In this document: positions 1 through 10,571 of the stretch, piece after piece | Numbering within the stretch: position 1 is the first letter of the stretch | Layout: each line of letters opens with the position of its first letter | DNA from: an uncultured Bacteroidales bacterium | Lineage (GTDB): Bacteria; Bacteroidota; Bacteroidia; Bacteroidales; WCHB1-69 | Direction of reading: 5' to 3' | Assembly (NCBI GenBank): GCA_937949745.1 | Contig: CALECM010000048.1 | Coordinates: 10,563 to 74,562 of the forward strand | DNA length: 64,000 bases | The notes under the pieces: generated by a model | Seen by the model: only the letters and a program-made list of their open reading frames with translations | Told to the model about the DNA's origin: nothing | The model's database searches: none | Position numbers and translations under genes: made by a program

Positions 1-2960
1 CCCTCACCTATGCCGATAGCCATAGGCAACATACCCAGAATAGTAGTCAAAGATGTCATCAGTACCGGGCGTAACCTTGATTTTCCGGCGGTAATAACGG
101 CGGTATTCATGTCCATTCCACGTTCTATACAGAGTTTGATATAATCCACCAGCACAATCCCGTTCTTTACTACTACACCCACAAGCACCAATACTCCGAT
201 CAGCGACATGACCCCAAAGGCGGTACCCGTAATTACATGACCCAGGATCACGCCGGTCAGCGCAAAAGGAAGGGAGAACATGATAACGAAAGGATCGGAA
301 AGGGAACCGAACTGGGAAGCCATCACAATAAATACCAGTACGATAATCAGGGCGAGCAAAGTAAAAAGTTCTCCGAATGTTTCCTGTTGATCCTTGTAAG
401 AACCACTGATCTCACAGGTAATATTTTCCGGGATTTCAATTTCGTTCAATGCCTTATCCGTAGCTTTAACCAGATCACTCATGGCATATCCCTGTGCCAC
501 AATACCGGAAACGGTCAGTACACGTTCCCTGTTCTTCCTTTCAATGGTAGGCGGAGTCATCTTTTCCACCACTTTTCCCACATCCCGGATACGAATACCT
601 TTTCCTACATTATTGTAGACCATAATATTTTCGATCGATTCGACCGTTTCCCTGAATTCAGGAGCAAAACGCACCTTGATTTTATATTCTTCGCCGTCTT
701 CACGATAGTAGGAAGCCACGGCCCCGTAAATACGGTTTCGTAAATAGAATGAGACTGTAGATATATTCAATTCATTCAGTGCCAATTTTTCACGGTCAAA
801 ATCTACCTGTATTTCAGGAACATATTCACCACGACTGATATTCACCTGAGAACATTCCGGCATATCTTTCATATATTCGGTCAAATTCGCCGCTACCTTA
901 TCCGTTTCATCGAAATTATAACCGTATATTTCCACATCTATCGCACTTTCACCCCCCGTTCCTCCTTTTTGTCCTCCGGCTAAAACCTCAAAATCCTTTA
1001 GTTCATCATACAGGGCCAGGTCATCACGCATCAGGTCGCAAATTTCTTTCATTCCCCGTTTACGATCTTCCAGATCCGTCAGCGTAATATTGTAAGATAT
1101 AATATGCGAACCATTCTCGCTCATATTGGAAAATGCATTATCCGCATCGGCCTGTCCTGTTGTGAGATTCAGCACCTTGATTTCAGGATACTTGTTCATG
1201 AATTCATCACTGATCTGCATGGCTACTTCTTGTGAAACGGACTGTCTAGTACCGATCGGTAATTCTACGGTCATCCCTATACGGCCATTATCCGAAGCAG
1301 GAAAAAACTCTGTTTTGATGAAAGGAAATAACAGCAAGCTTCCGCCGAAAACACCCAAAGCAATGAATACAACCGTTTTACGATGATGAACGCCCCAATT
1401 CAACAACCGTCCGTAGGCCCTGTTAAGGGCTTCCAGTCCTTTCTCCACAGGTGTGAAGAAAAATACGTACAGTTTTCCTTTTTTATGATCCAATTTTAAT
1501 AGTTTGGACGCCATCATGGGTATTAAGGTCATGGAAGCGATGAAGGAAAAAGCCATAATAATACTCACAATCCAGCCCAACTGACGGAAAAGGATTCCGG
1601 CCATACCCGATATCATGGTAAGCGGCAAGAATACGGATAACATGGTCAACGCTGATGCCATTACCGAAGTAGAAACTTCCCGGGTACCATAAATAGCCGC
1701 CTGCCGGGGAGTACTGCCCCGTTGAATATGTGTGGTGATATTTTCCAGTACCACGATCGAATCATCAACCACCATTCCGATCGCGAGTGAGAGAGCGGAA
1801 AGAGAAATGACATTAAGCGTATTCCCGGTGACTAGCAAATATATAAAGGAGGTGATCAGGGAAATAGGGATTGCCGTAATGATAATCAGGGTGGCTTTCC
1901 ATCTTCCGAGAAAGATAAATACTACTAAGAATACGATAATCATGGTAATCATAATGGTTTCTGCCAAAGATCCCATCGTGTTCAGGATATTGGTCGAATT
2001 ATCCATGATCATACCCAGTTCTATATCGGAAGGAAGGCTTTTTTGTATTTTAGGAAGCATCTCTTTTACCTCTTGCGCAATTTTCACGGAATTAGCTCCT
2101 GATTGTTTCTGGATCATGATCGTAGCTCCCCGTTTTCCATTGGTATAAGATTCCTGAGCCCGTTCTTCCAGATGGTCTTCTACTTTGGCCACATCCCTAA
2201 GAAAAACACTCTTGCCACCTCTTACCCCTACCACAAGGTCGAGCATTTCCGCGGCCTTCGTGAACTCACCTTCCACGCGGAAAGTATAGGTATTGTTGCC
2301 CATATCGAGATTCCCGGCGGAAGTATTACGGTTTTCCGCACCGATCACCTGGGTAACGGTTTCGATGGTCAATCCGTAAGCTTCCAGTTTATAGGGGTCG
2401 CAATAGACATTGATCTCGCGTTGCGCCGTTCCCGAAATAGAGACGGTCCCGACCCCATTGATACGGGCTAAAGGGTTACCTACCTTATCATCCAAAATCT
2501 TATATAAAGCATTGGTACTTCTGTCGGCCGTAACCGAAAGTAGCATAATCGGAATATCGTCCGCGCCGAACTTAAAAATGATTGGATTTTCCACATCATC
2601 CGGCAATGAAGACTTGACAAGGTCTAATTTATCCCTCACATCGTTAGTGGCTGATTCTATATCGATACCATGTTCGAATTCAAGTCCTACTACGGAAGCA
2701 TTTTCCCTTGAGCTGGAAGTAATATTTTTCAGGTTACTAACGCCGTTAAGTACATTTTCAAGAGGCCTTGTGACATTATTCTCCACATCGGAAGCGCCTG
2801 CCCCGGGATAGATCGTCATGACCATAATGGCATTCTCATCCATCTTCGGAAGAAGGTCGACAGACAGTTTCGAGAAAGAGAAGAGTCCGAAGATAATCAC
2901 AGCTACAAAGCATAAAGCAGTGGCTACCGGATTTTTTACTGCCGTTGAATATAATTTCAT
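1..2960 (-). CDS. RND efflux pump inner-membrane subunit (AcrB/HAE1-like), 3' part beyond the left window edge
   Basis: Not in the ORF track because it runs off the edge. My reverse translation from the ATG at 2958-2960 gives MKLYSTAVKNPVATALCFVAVIIFGLFSFSKLSVDLLPKMDENAIMVMTIYPGAGASDVENNVTRPLE... and later ...LSALSLAIGMVVDDSIVVLENI..., typical of the RND N-terminus and TM4. It lies immediately downstream of the adaptor and TolC-like genes. Confidence 0.9.
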   Translation of the reverse strand, partial: MKLYSTAVKNPVATALCFVAVIIFGLFSFSKLSVDLLPKMDENAIMVMTIYPGAGASDVENNVTRPLENVLNGVSNLKNITSSSRENASVVGLEFEHGIDIESATNDVRDKLDLVKSSLPDDVENPIIFKFGADDIPIMLLSVTADRSTNALYKILDDKVGNPLARINGVGTVSISGTAQREINVYCDPYKLEAYGLTIETVTQVIGAENRNTSAGNLDMGNNTYTFRVEGEFTKAAEMLDLVVGVRGGKSVFLRDVAKVEDHLEERAQESYTNGKRGATIMIQKQSGANSVKIAQEVKEMLPKIQKSLPSDIELGMIMDNSTNILNTMGSLAETIMITMIIVFLVVFIFLGRWKATLIIITAIPISLITSFIYLLVTGNTLNVISLSALSLAIGMVVDDSIVVLENITTHIQRGSTPRQAAIYGTREVSTSVMASALTMLSVFLPLTMISGMAGILFRQLGWIVSIIMAFSFIASMTLIPMMASKLLKLDHKKGKLYVFFFTPVEKGLEALNRAYGRLLNWGVHHRKTVVFIALGVFGGSLLLFPFIKTEFFPASDNGRIGMTVELPIGTRQSVSQEVAMQISDEFMNKYPEIKVLNLTTGQADADNAFSNMSENGSHIISYNITLTDLEDRKRGMKEICDLMRDDLALYDELKDFEVLAGGQKGGTGGESAIDVEIYGYNFDETDKVAANLTEYMKDMPECSQVNISRGEYVPEIQVDFDREKLALNELNISTVSFYLRNRIYGAVASYYREDGEEYKIKVRFAPEFRETVESIENIMVYNNVGKGIRIRDVGKVVEKMTPPTIERKNRERVLTVSGIVAQGYAMSDLVKATDKALNEIEIPENITCEISGSYKDQQETFGELFTLLALIIVLVFIVMASQFGSLSDPFVIMFSLPFALTGVILGHVITGTAFGVMSLIGVLVLVGVVVKNGIVLVDYIKLCIERGMDMNTAVITAGKSRLRPVLMTSLTTILGMLPMAIGIGE

Positions 2961-2982
2961 AACTCCTTGATTTTAAAGATGA

Positions 2983-4002
2983 TTAATTAATAATTTCCAC
3001 GCTTACCCCATTATCCAGCCGACTTTGTCCCGTAAGCACTACGACTTCCCCTTCTGCCAGACCGTCCAAGACTTCAAACTCATCGCCAATTCTTCGTCCG
3101 TAAATAATTTTACGGTATTTCGCTTTGGAATTCTTAATCACATACACGAAATTATCAGCCGATCCGGATTGTTTCTGGATGGCTTTATCCGGAATTAAAA
3201 CACGTTGCCTCGAACCGTAATTGAAAGTTACGCGGGCAAACATTCCGGGAATTATCTTTTCGTTATGATTCGGTATTTTAACTTCCACAGGAAAAGTTCT
3301 GGTAGCCGGATCAATGGAGGGATGTATCAAAGCCACCGATCCTTTAAATACTTCATTTTCATAAGTATCAAAAGAAACGTCTACTTCCATCCCTTTTTTA
3401 ATCCGGGTAAAAAGAGCTTCCGATACATGTACGACCAACTTAACGGGACGAATTTGTTCCACCACATAGAGCGGCATTCCCATTCCATACATATCCCCGC
3501 TGTCATAATTCCGTTTGGTTACAATGCCGCTGATAGGACTTGTAAGGTAGGTATTCTCCATTAGATTCTGGTAGGATGCCGTAGAAAGTTCGTAAGCCAA
3601 TTTACGGGCTTCCCATTCCGCTTTGGAGACACCTCCGCTTTTGTAAAGACGGTCGGTTCTCTCAAATTGCATCTTGTCGTTTTCCATTTGCAGTTTAGTC
3701 TGGTTCAGGTTGACAAGATCCATCTCCGCCAGTTTTTGCCCTTTGACCACATGATCCCCGACTTCCACAAAGGTTTTGACGATTCTCACTGCCATCTGCG
3801 GGGCAATATTATTGGTTACTTCAGCCTCAACCGTAGCAGTGAAAGTACCTATCTGGTCCACCGGGGCGGAAACCAACGTGGCTACCTGCACCCTTACTTT
3901 CTGATCTTCCTCCATTTGCGATTGTTCTTGCTTCTGTTTACAAGAGGTTATCAATAATAATGTGAAGCAGGGCAATAACTTGATTAGATTGAATGTTCTC
4001 AT
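2983..4002 (-). CDS. RND efflux periplasmic adaptor subunit (MFP/HlyD-AcrA family), lipoprotein
   Basis: 339-aa ORF with lipobox-like LLLITSC, a coiled-coil and barrel-sandwich pattern (VKGQKLAEMD...SPISGIVTKRN), and a position between the TolC-like and AcrB-like genes. Confidence 0.85.
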   Translation of the reverse strand: MRTFNLIKLLPCFTLLLITSCKQKQEQSQMEEDQKVRVQVATLVSAPVDQIGTFTATVEAEVTNNIAPQMAVRIVKTFVEVGDHVVKGQKLAEMDLVNLNQTKLQMENDKMQFERTDRLYKSGGVSKAEWEARKLAYELSTASYQNLMENTYLTSPISGIVTKRNYDSGDMYGMGMPLYVVEQIRPVKLVVHVSEALFTRIKKGMEVDVSFDTYENEVFKGSVALIHPSIDPATRTFPVEVKIPNHNEKIIPGMFARVTFNYGSRQRVLIPDKAIQKQSGSADNFVYVIKNSKAKYRKIIYGRRIGDEFEVLDGLAEGEVVVLTGQSRLDNGVSVEIIN

Positions 4003-4014
4003 ATTTCAATATAT

Positions 4015-5349
4015 TTATTTGTTTCCGATTAGTTTTTCTAATGATGATTTGGCTATCAGGTAATTATAGATGGCATGATTCAGATTAAGCCTGGCTTGGG
4101 TTAATGATAACTGTGAATCGTTGATCTCCAGAATCGTACCCCCTCCAGAATTATACCTTTCGAGTGAAATCGCATATCCTTTTTCGGATTGTACTACTCC
4201 AGCACGGGCGGCATGGTACTGCTTGATACTGGTTGCCATCTGGTCTTCGGCCTGTTTGACCGCGACATGCAGATTTCGTTCCACATCCAGTCGTTGCAAA
4301 GCCAACTGATTTATACTGATCTGAGTCTGTTTCACGTCATGCAGTCGTTGTCCTCCGGAAAAAATAGGAATGGATAATGTTAAGCCCAACATAGAATAAG
4401 GATCCCAATTGTAATTTCTGAATTTCCAGTCGTTACTCATGGAATTCCACATATAATTAAAAGAGAGGTAGAGGGAAGGATAATATTGGGCCAGCCTCAT
4501 CTGCTTTACTCTTTTTAACTGTAATTGCTGGATCTCAATTTGCTTCAACATACTGTTATTTTCTAAAGAAGATCCGGACGGGACGACATCTTCCAGAATT
4601 TCAACTTCATGATCGGCAAGCGCTCCCAGGCATTGCACCGGGCTTTCCAAATCCAATCCTAATAATGCTTTCAAATACCAATGTGCAAGGATCAGGGTAT
4701 TCTCCGCATCATAGAGTTTCGGTTCTGCATTTTTTACGTTCACATCAGCCCTGATATAATCATATTCCGCATACAATCCCTCTTCATACTTCTGCCTGAT
4801 GTGATTGTAATTATCAAGTGCATTGTCGTATACTTCCTTATAAACCTGGTAAGCGTCTTTTGCCAGTAAAACGCCATAGAAAGCACTCTTCACCTGGTCC
4901 GTCATTTCGGTACGTGATGAATGTGCTTTTTCTATGGCTAATTCTACATCGTAAGCACTAACCTTGAGCCCTTTCCACATCACGGCGGACACTAAAGGCA
5001 TGGAAGCGGAAAAACCCAGGCTCCAATTATGGTCGCGACCTACCGGCATTCCTTCGTCCATGCCGGGAATACCATCCAGGTACATAACCTGCTTAGCCAC
5101 CGCAAGCTGGTAATTTCCGTTAAAATCAATCTGCGGGAAGAGAGCACCATAGCCACTGTTTTTAACATACTGCTGTTTTACGATTTCCTGATCTGCTATT
5201 TTTACTGTAATATTTTCGCTCAACGCGATTTTTAGCGCATCATCCAAAGTGATCCTGAGGGTATCGCCCGGAGATGAAGCACCTAATTCCAAATTCACCG
5301 CTGCTAAAAATATCATAGTCAATAACCAATCTTTCTTTGATTTTTTCAT
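4015..5349 (-). CDS. TolC-family outer membrane efflux protein
   Basis: ORF 4015..5382. The second Met (MKKSKKDWLLTMIFLAAV..., ATG at 5347-5349) gives a signal peptide and removes the overlap with the upstream TetR gene, so I prefer it. Two-repeat TolC-like helical pattern and operon context. Start uncertain (5349 or 5382). Confidence 0.8.
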   Translation of the reverse strand: MKKSKKDWLLTMIFLAAVNLELGASSPGDTLRITLDDALKIALSENITVKIADQEIVKQQYVKNSGYGALFPQIDFNGNYQLAVAKQVMYLDGIPGMDEGMPVGRDHNWSLGFSASMPLVSAVMWKGLKVSAYDVELAIEKAHSSRTEMTDQVKSAFYGVLLAKDAYQVYKEVYDNALDNYNHIRQKYEEGLYAEYDYIRADVNVKNAEPKLYDAENTLILAHWYLKALLGLDLESPVQCLGALADHEVEILEDVVPSGSSLENNSMLKQIEIQQLQLKRVKQMRLAQYYPSLYLSFNYMWNSMSNDWKFRNYNWDPYSMLGLTLSIPIFSGGQRLHDVKQTQISINQLALQRLDVERNLHVAVKQAEDQMATSIKQYHAARAGVVQSEKGYAISLERYNSGGGTILEINDSQLSLTQARLNLNHAIYNYLIAKSSLEKLIGNK

Positions 5350-5371
5350 GGTTTGCTTTTTTAATAAAGTT

Positions 5372-5953
5372 TTATTCTTCACAATGAGTGGGCGTCAATA
5401 TCCGGAGTATCTCGACTCCTCCTTTTCCCGTCAAAATATTTTGCAGGAATGTAATCATTACAAAATGCTGATTTTTAAAGGGAGTATTGTCTAATTCTTC
5501 TATAAATATGTACACCAGATTTTCATAATTTACACCGGATATGAAATAACCCTCTTTGGAACCCTGATACAGGTAATTTTTACAAATTTCTCTTATTTGC
5601 CCCCTAAACTCCGCTATAATCTCTTCCGTTTCAGGATAATAGGACAGGTCTTTATAGAACAAGGGACAATTAGACCGGGAATAGCGAAATACAATGATGC
5701 AGGTTTGGATAAATTTCTCTAACGGTGATATAGACTGGTTTATCAGATTCCTAAGAGATTTTCCAATATGATTTATTTCCATTAAAGTACAATCCAACAG
5801 TAATCCCGACTTATTACCAAACTCTTTTTCAAGGTCTTCCAGAGATGAAGAAGTTTCACCGGCAATATCTTTAAGACTAATATTTTTGATTCCATGACGG
5901 GAGAAAAGTGACATCGCGACTTTCACGGTCCGTTCTTTTTTTAATTTTTCCAT
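5372..5953 (-). CDS. TetR/AcrR family transcriptional regulator
   Basis: 193 aa. N-terminal HTH pattern RTVKVAMSLFSRHGIKNISLKDIAGETSSS. First gene of the efflux operon. Confidence 0.8.
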   Translation of the reverse strand: MEKLKKERTVKVAMSLFSRHGIKNISLKDIAGETSSSLEDLEKEFGNKSGLLLDCTLMEINHIGKSLRNLINQSISPLEKFIQTCIIVFRYSRSNCPLFYKDLSYYPETEEIIAEFRGQIREICKNYLYQGSKEGYFISGVNYENLVYIFIEELDNTPFKNQHFVMITFLQNILTGKGGVEILRILTPTHCEE

Positions 5954-5981
5954 AGCATCCTTGTTAATTTATTTGATGAAG

Positions 5982-5989
5982 CAAAAGTA
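5982..5989 (-). promoter_or_regulatory. Candidate Bacteroidota -7 box (TACTTTTG on minus strand) for the tetR-efflux operon
   Basis: The plus strand reads CAAAAGTA, which matches TAnnTTTG on the minus strand, about 28 nt upstream of the ATG at 5953. Confidence 0.4.
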
Positions 5990-6265
5990 AAGTGAAGCCA
6001 GGATGGAATGAAGGTTCATTTTTTCTTAAAATTGGTTCAAAAAAGATAAAAAATAAAGATATCGTACTAAAATCGTTAAAAAATGATTCAAATTGGTATA
6101 TTTTTGATTTTTAAGGGCTAGAAATTTCAGTACAACCTATTTTTCAAAGACCGATAAATTATATTTTTCTGATCTAATTCCATTTTCATATTCCTCCTTT
6201 ATAATTCAAAATAAATTTGATAATTATTTAACAAATGTATTACATGACTAATTGCCGATAAAAAG

Positions 6266-6273
6266 TATCTTTG
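6266..6273 (+). promoter_or_regulatory. Candidate -7 box TATCTTTG
   Basis: TAnnTTTG match 12 nt upstream of the ATG at 6285. Confidence 0.3.
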
Positions 6274-6284
6274 TTTTTTAGATT

Positions 6285-7193
6285 ATGAGATCAGATCATT
6301 ATATATATGAGGTTTCCCTGGATGAATTTATCAGAACCAGTTCATTCAATGAGATATTTGATAATGAATTGGTCATCATTGAAGTAAAGGGAGAAAACGC
6401 AAAAGAGTTACGGGACCATCCTCCTTTTCATCTGAATGCTTTTTCCATTCTGCTGGCTTCCCAGGGTGAATTTTCTTTAAAAATTGATTACCTGAGTTAC
6501 CGGCTGAAAGCGAATATGGGATTACAGATCATTAATTACCATGTATGGGAAGGAATTCATTGGACTCCTGATTTCAGGGGTTACCATATCGTAATTTCCC
6601 ATGATCTACTGTCTCTCACGATTAAAGAATCAAATGAAAAATCGCAAAAACTCGTACAAGGTCAAATTCCGCCTCTTGTAGAATATGAAGAAAAAGAAAT
6701 GCGGCGGCTGTTGAATATTATTGAAAGAATGAGCGGTTATATTGCCGAAAAAGACCATCTTTTCCGGGAAATACTGGTTAAGAATGAATTGAGTACATTC
6801 CTTTATGAAATGATGAACATTAACCTGAAAAAGAATATTCCCAATGTATCGGATGGTCCCCTTAATCTCCGGGATGAGATCCTCGGAAAGTTTATTGAAT
6901 TACTTGTAATCCATTGCAGGAAAGAACATGAAGTTTCATTCTATGCCACCAAATTATGCATCACTCCGACTTATCTTTCCAGAACCATAAAATGCTTCAG
7001 CGGTAAAACAGCTAACAAATGGATCAGTAATGCCATCATTGCGGAAGCCAAGATGCTTTTACGGAAACCGGATTCATCGGTACAGGAAGTAGCTGATGAA
7101 TTGTACTTTTCAGATCAATCCGCTTTCGGAAAATTCTTCAAAAAACATACAGGAAAATCCCCGTTAGAGTATAAAAAAAATCGAAGCTCCTAG
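6285..7193 (+). CDS. AraC family transcriptional regulator
   Basis: 302 aa. C-terminal double-HTH AraC signature (FYATKLCITPTYLSRTIKCFSGKTANKWISNAIIAEAKMLL...ELYFSDQSAFGKFFKKHTGKSPLEY). Confidence 0.85.
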   Translation: MRSDHYIYEVSLDEFIRTSSFNEIFDNELVIIEVKGENAKELRDHPPFHLNAFSILLASQGEFSLKIDYLSYRLKANMGLQIINYHVWEGIHWTPDFRGYHIVISHDLLSLTIKESNEKSQKLVQGQIPPLVEYEEKEMRRLLNIIERMSGYIAEKDHLFREILVKNELSTFLYEMMNINLKKNIPNVSDGPLNLRDEILGKFIELLVIHCRKEHEVSFYATKLCITPTYLSRTIKCFSGKTANKWISNAIIAEAKMLLRKPDSSVQEVADELYFSDQSAFGKFFKKHTGKSPLEYKKNRSS

Positions 7194-7362
7194 TTTAGAT
7201 CCTTCTCTGAAAATTAAAAAAGACATGTTTCTTGTATAATCGTATCATTTTTTACTATATTTGCTCCATTGATGGATAAAGGGAGATCAATAATAACCAT
7301 ATTTTATAAATAAAAGGCTAACCGCTTTAGTTTTACAATAAGACAGTAAACAACCGAAGAGA

Positions 7363-8859
7363 ATGACTATGTTACAACGTGAACTGCAAAAACACCAATG
7401 GAAAGCCTTTGTCCGGCATCCCGCTTTTCAGAAAAATATAATCTTAAAAGTGTTTATGGGAATATGCTTTGCCATATTGGGAGCCGAATTCTTTCTGTTA
7501 GGATTATTTTTGGACCGGCTGCTGCTTCAAACCGGACTCGGCGATAATGCCATCGACATATTCAATTCCGCGCTTTTATATTTGTTGCTTTTTGATTTTA
7601 CGATCAAATATATCTTTAAAAAGCTGAAATCGATGCAGATAGCGCCTTATCTCACACTTCCCGTAAAACGAAAGAACTTATTTAACTTCCTGCTTATCAA
7701 AGAATTTTCCAATATCTGGAATCTATACTTCCTTTTCCTGGTGGTACCGTTCGCTTTCCGGAGCATCACTCCTGATTTTGGTTTCTTTGCCGCTCTATCG
7801 TATATCATTTTTTTCTATTCGCTTTGTATCGGCAACAGCCTTTTGGTAAATGCAGCCGATTATATTTCTAAAAGGAAAGCATGGTTTGTCATCATACCCT
7901 TTATCGCGGTAGCGGCCATTATTGGAATTGCTGTGATTCCCAATGTTCATTTTGGCATATTTACGGTAAAACTGGGACAGTGGATACTACATCACAATCT
8001 TCTGGTATGGATTTGCCAGCTTCTTATTCTGGCCGGATTATGGCTTTGGAACCTCTCGCTAATGAGGGAAGGCTTGTACCGCGAACTGCAAGGCAAAAAA
8101 GTATCCTCCAAATCCAGGCTGTTCAATATTTCGTTTTTAGACCGATTCGGGGAAATCGGGAATTTTATAAATCTGGAAATTAAAATGTTATGGCGTGCTA
8201 AACGCTTAAAGCAGCAATTATTCGCTCTGGTGATGATACAGCTGTTTTTCTACTTTATTCTCTATTCTTCAGCAGCTTCCGAATCTTATAACTTTTTCAA
8301 TTTGTTGTTCTTCGGGATTTTCTCTTTAGGAGGCCTCGGATTGATCATGTCACAAGTAATGTTCACGGCGGAGTCTTCTTTTTTCGACGGGTTAATGGCC
8401 CGAAACCATTCGCTGATCAATATGCTGAAAGGAAAATATTATCTTTACGTTGCTTACGGATTTCTTGTGGCTTTACTCATGATGATTCCGGTGGCCCATG
8501 GAAAACTAACATTTCTTTTCGTGATCTCTTTGTTTTTTTATACCAGCGGATTGGTATTTTTCGGGATGTTTCAGAATGCCGTTTACAATAAAAGTTACAT
8601 GGATCTTTTCGACGGCGGAATGATGAACTGGAAAGGCACCTCCGGAAATATGGTGGTAACCACTCTTCTGGGTATGCTCTTGCCGTTTATACTGGTTTTT
8701 ATCATCCACGTGATATTTTCCCTTAAGGTTACCTGTTACTTTATGTTGATAACCGGATTGGTTTTCACCCTTACGCATAATATTTGGCTGAAATGGATAT
8801 ACAAACGTTTCCTGAAACGGAAATATACGAATATGGAAGGTTTCCGAAGCAATACCTAA
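7363..8859 (+). CDS. Polytopic membrane protein, probable permease partner of the downstream ABC ATPase (resembles DUF5687 as I recall it)
   Basis: 498 aa with about 12 hydrophobic segments. Its stop is 4 nt before the ABC ATPase start. The family name is from memory and was not searched. Confidence 0.55.
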   Translation: MTMLQRELQKHQWKAFVRHPAFQKNIILKVFMGICFAILGAEFFLLGLFLDRLLLQTGLGDNAIDIFNSALLYLLLFDFTIKYIFKKLKSMQIAPYLTLPVKRKNLFNFLLIKEFSNIWNLYFLFLVVPFAFRSITPDFGFFAALSYIIFFYSLCIGNSLLVNAADYISKRKAWFVIIPFIAVAAIIGIAVIPNVHFGIFTVKLGQWILHHNLLVWICQLLILAGLWLWNLSLMREGLYRELQGKKVSSKSRLFNISFLDRFGEIGNFINLEIKMLWRAKRLKQQLFALVMIQLFFYFILYSSAASESYNFFNLLFFGIFSLGGLGLIMSQVMFTAESSFFDGLMARNHSLINMLKGKYYLYVAYGFLVALLMMIPVAHGKLTFLFVISLFFYTSGLVFFGMFQNAVYNKSYMDLFDGGMMNWKGTSGNMVVTTLLGMLLPFILVFIIHVIFSLKVTCYFMLITGLVFTLTHNIWLKWIYKRFLKRKYTNMEGFRSNT

Positions 8860-8863
8860 ACAA

Positions 8864-9610
8864 ATGCAAACATTACAAGTAAAATCAAAGATTATGGATA
8901 TAGCGATCAAAGATCTCATCAAACATTTCGACGGCAATATCGCCATTGATATACCGGAATTAACTATTGAAAAAGGCTGTTTACTGGGACTTGTGGGTAA
9001 TAACGGCGCCGGAAAAACGACCCTTTTCCGCCTGATCCTCGATCTTTTTAAGGCCGACCGGGGATATGTGCTCAGTCAGGGAAACAACGTGGCATTGACG
9101 GAAGAATGGAAATCCTATACAGGATCTTTTATCGACAACCGTTTCCTGATCGATTTCCTTACCCCTGAAGAATATTTCTATTTTGTAGGAGAAACTTACG
9201 GCCTGAACAAAGAAACCGTACAGGAAAGACTGGCCGTATTCGGCCGTTTCATGAATGAAGAAATATTAAGACAGCAGAAATATATCCGGAACTTCTCCGC
9301 CGGCAACAAGCAAAAGATCGGAATCATGGCCGCCATGATGGTAAAACCTCAAATACTGATCCTGGACGAGCCGTTTAATTTCCTTGATCCTTCGTCCCAA
9401 ATCGAGATCAGGGATATGATTCTGAAAATGAACCGGGAAGACAATACCACAGTATTGATATCAAGCCATAATCTTAACTACACTACCGACATTTCCACAA
9501 GACTGATCCTGCTGGAGAAAGGAAGAATCAGGAAAGACCTTGCTAATTCCGAAGAGGCCATTGCGGAACTCAATTCTTATTTTATCGAGAAGGCGACGAA
9601 TGAGGAGTAA
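8864..9610 (+). CDS. ABC transporter ATP-binding protein
   Basis: Walker A GNNGAGKTT, signature FSAGNKQKIG, Walker B ILILDEP, H-loop SSHN. Confidence 0.9.
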   Translation: MQTLQVKSKIMDIAIKDLIKHFDGNIAIDIPELTIEKGCLLGLVGNNGAGKTTLFRLILDLFKADRGYVLSQGNNVALTEEWKSYTGSFIDNRFLIDFLTPEEYFYFVGETYGLNKETVQERLAVFGRFMNEEILRQQKYIRNFSAGNKQKIGIMAAMMVKPQILILDEPFNFLDPSSQIEIRDMILKMNREDNTTVLISSHNLNYTTDISTRLILLEKGRIRKDLANSEEAIAELNSYFIEKATNEE

Positions 9611-9952
9611 GGCATATGTGCTTAATCCATAACTAACAATGATTCGTTTCATAATATTGGTTAAAATAATTAACCCCCATTATTATTCACAATCTATTAC
9701 ACCATGAAATTATGTGATCGTTTCACCAAACAGGCTCTTTCAATAATGGTATTGCACCATCCAGTGTATGTACGCCCCGGAATTTCTAGCAAACAGCCAA
9801 GGGATAAAAGTCTCGGAAAACCGATGAATAAAGACATACCAGATTAATCAACCTAAAAACTATGTTTATACTCAAAAATGTACTTCATCAATCAATTTGG
9901 AACTAAAGTTCGGAAAAATTGTGTTTTTATAATATGGTATTAATTTAAAGTA

Positions 9953-10567
9953 ATGTCATTTTCCGCGCCTTTTATTGGAATTAATCGAAATCGGTTAGCT
10001 ACGGACGGATTTGGAGTAACAACCTTAGCGGCTTTTTGGGGATGTCCTCTTTCCTGCTACTATTGTCTGAATCCGCAGTGCGGGAGTAGAACTTCTCCTG
10101 TTCATATTTTCACTACGGAAGAATTATACCGTCATGTGAAAAAAGATGAACTTTATTTTCTGGCTACAGGTGGCGGAATTACCTTTGGTGGCGGTGAACC
10201 TTGTCTATATCCCGATTTCATCCATGAATTCAGGACTTATTGCGGAAAACAATGGAGCATAACCATAGAAACCTGTCTCAATATTCCTCTAAAAAATATT
10301 AAAAAAATAGATCCGGTAGTCGATCAATACATTATTGATATTAAAGACTTGAATAATGAGATTTATAAAAATTACACAGGAAAAAATAATTCATTCCTTA
10401 TTTCCAATCTAAAATGGCTGACCAGACAAGGAAGAGGAGAGAATATTAAAATCCGTGTACCTTCAATTCCGGATTTTAACACAGAGAAAGATATTCAGAA
10501 AAGTATAGAATTAATAGATCGAATAGGAATTAAGGATATAGATATTTTTTCATATATCATAAAATAA
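9953..10567 (+). CDS. Radical SAM enzyme, short glycyl-radical-activase-like type
   Basis: 204 aa. CPLSCYYC is a CX3CX2C motif, preceded by DGFGVTTLAAFWGC as in PflA/NrdG-type activases. GGGITFGGGEP is the SAM-binding GGE motif. No SPASM or ferredoxin extension. Confidence 0.8.
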   Translation: MSFSAPFIGINRNRLATDGFGVTTLAAFWGCPLSCYYCLNPQCGSRTSPVHIFTTEELYRHVKKDELYFLATGGGITFGGGEPCLYPDFIHEFRTYCGKQWSITIETCLNIPLKNIKKIDPVVDQYIIDIKDLNNEIYKNYTGKNNSFLISNLKWLTRQGRGENIKIRVPSIPDFNTEKDIQKSIELIDRIGIKDIDIFSYIIK

Positions 10568-10571
10568 CAAC

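Noticed and set aside
237-2811. Five plus-strand ORFs of 86-168 aa at the left end
   Set aside because: All are antisense to a clearly recognisable AcrB-like RND pump gene, which is missing from the track only because it runs off the window edge. Their sequences are low-complexity mirror translations.
7881-8946. Alternative-frame ORFs (100 aa on the plus strand, 146 aa on the minus strand) within the permease / ABC ATPase region
   Set aside because: They are embedded in genes that have a coherent TM pattern and ABC motifs. They have no independent signals.
9704-9847. 47-codon ORF (MKLCDRFTKQALSIMVLHHPVYVRPGISSKQPRDKSLGKPMNKDIPD) about 100 nt upstream of the radical SAM gene, considered as a possible precursor peptide
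   Set aside because: It has no leader/core features, no Cys/Ser/Thr-rich core and no promoter box. The radical SAM enzyme lacks a SPASM/RRE domain typical of RiPP maturases. It cannot be supported from sequence alone.
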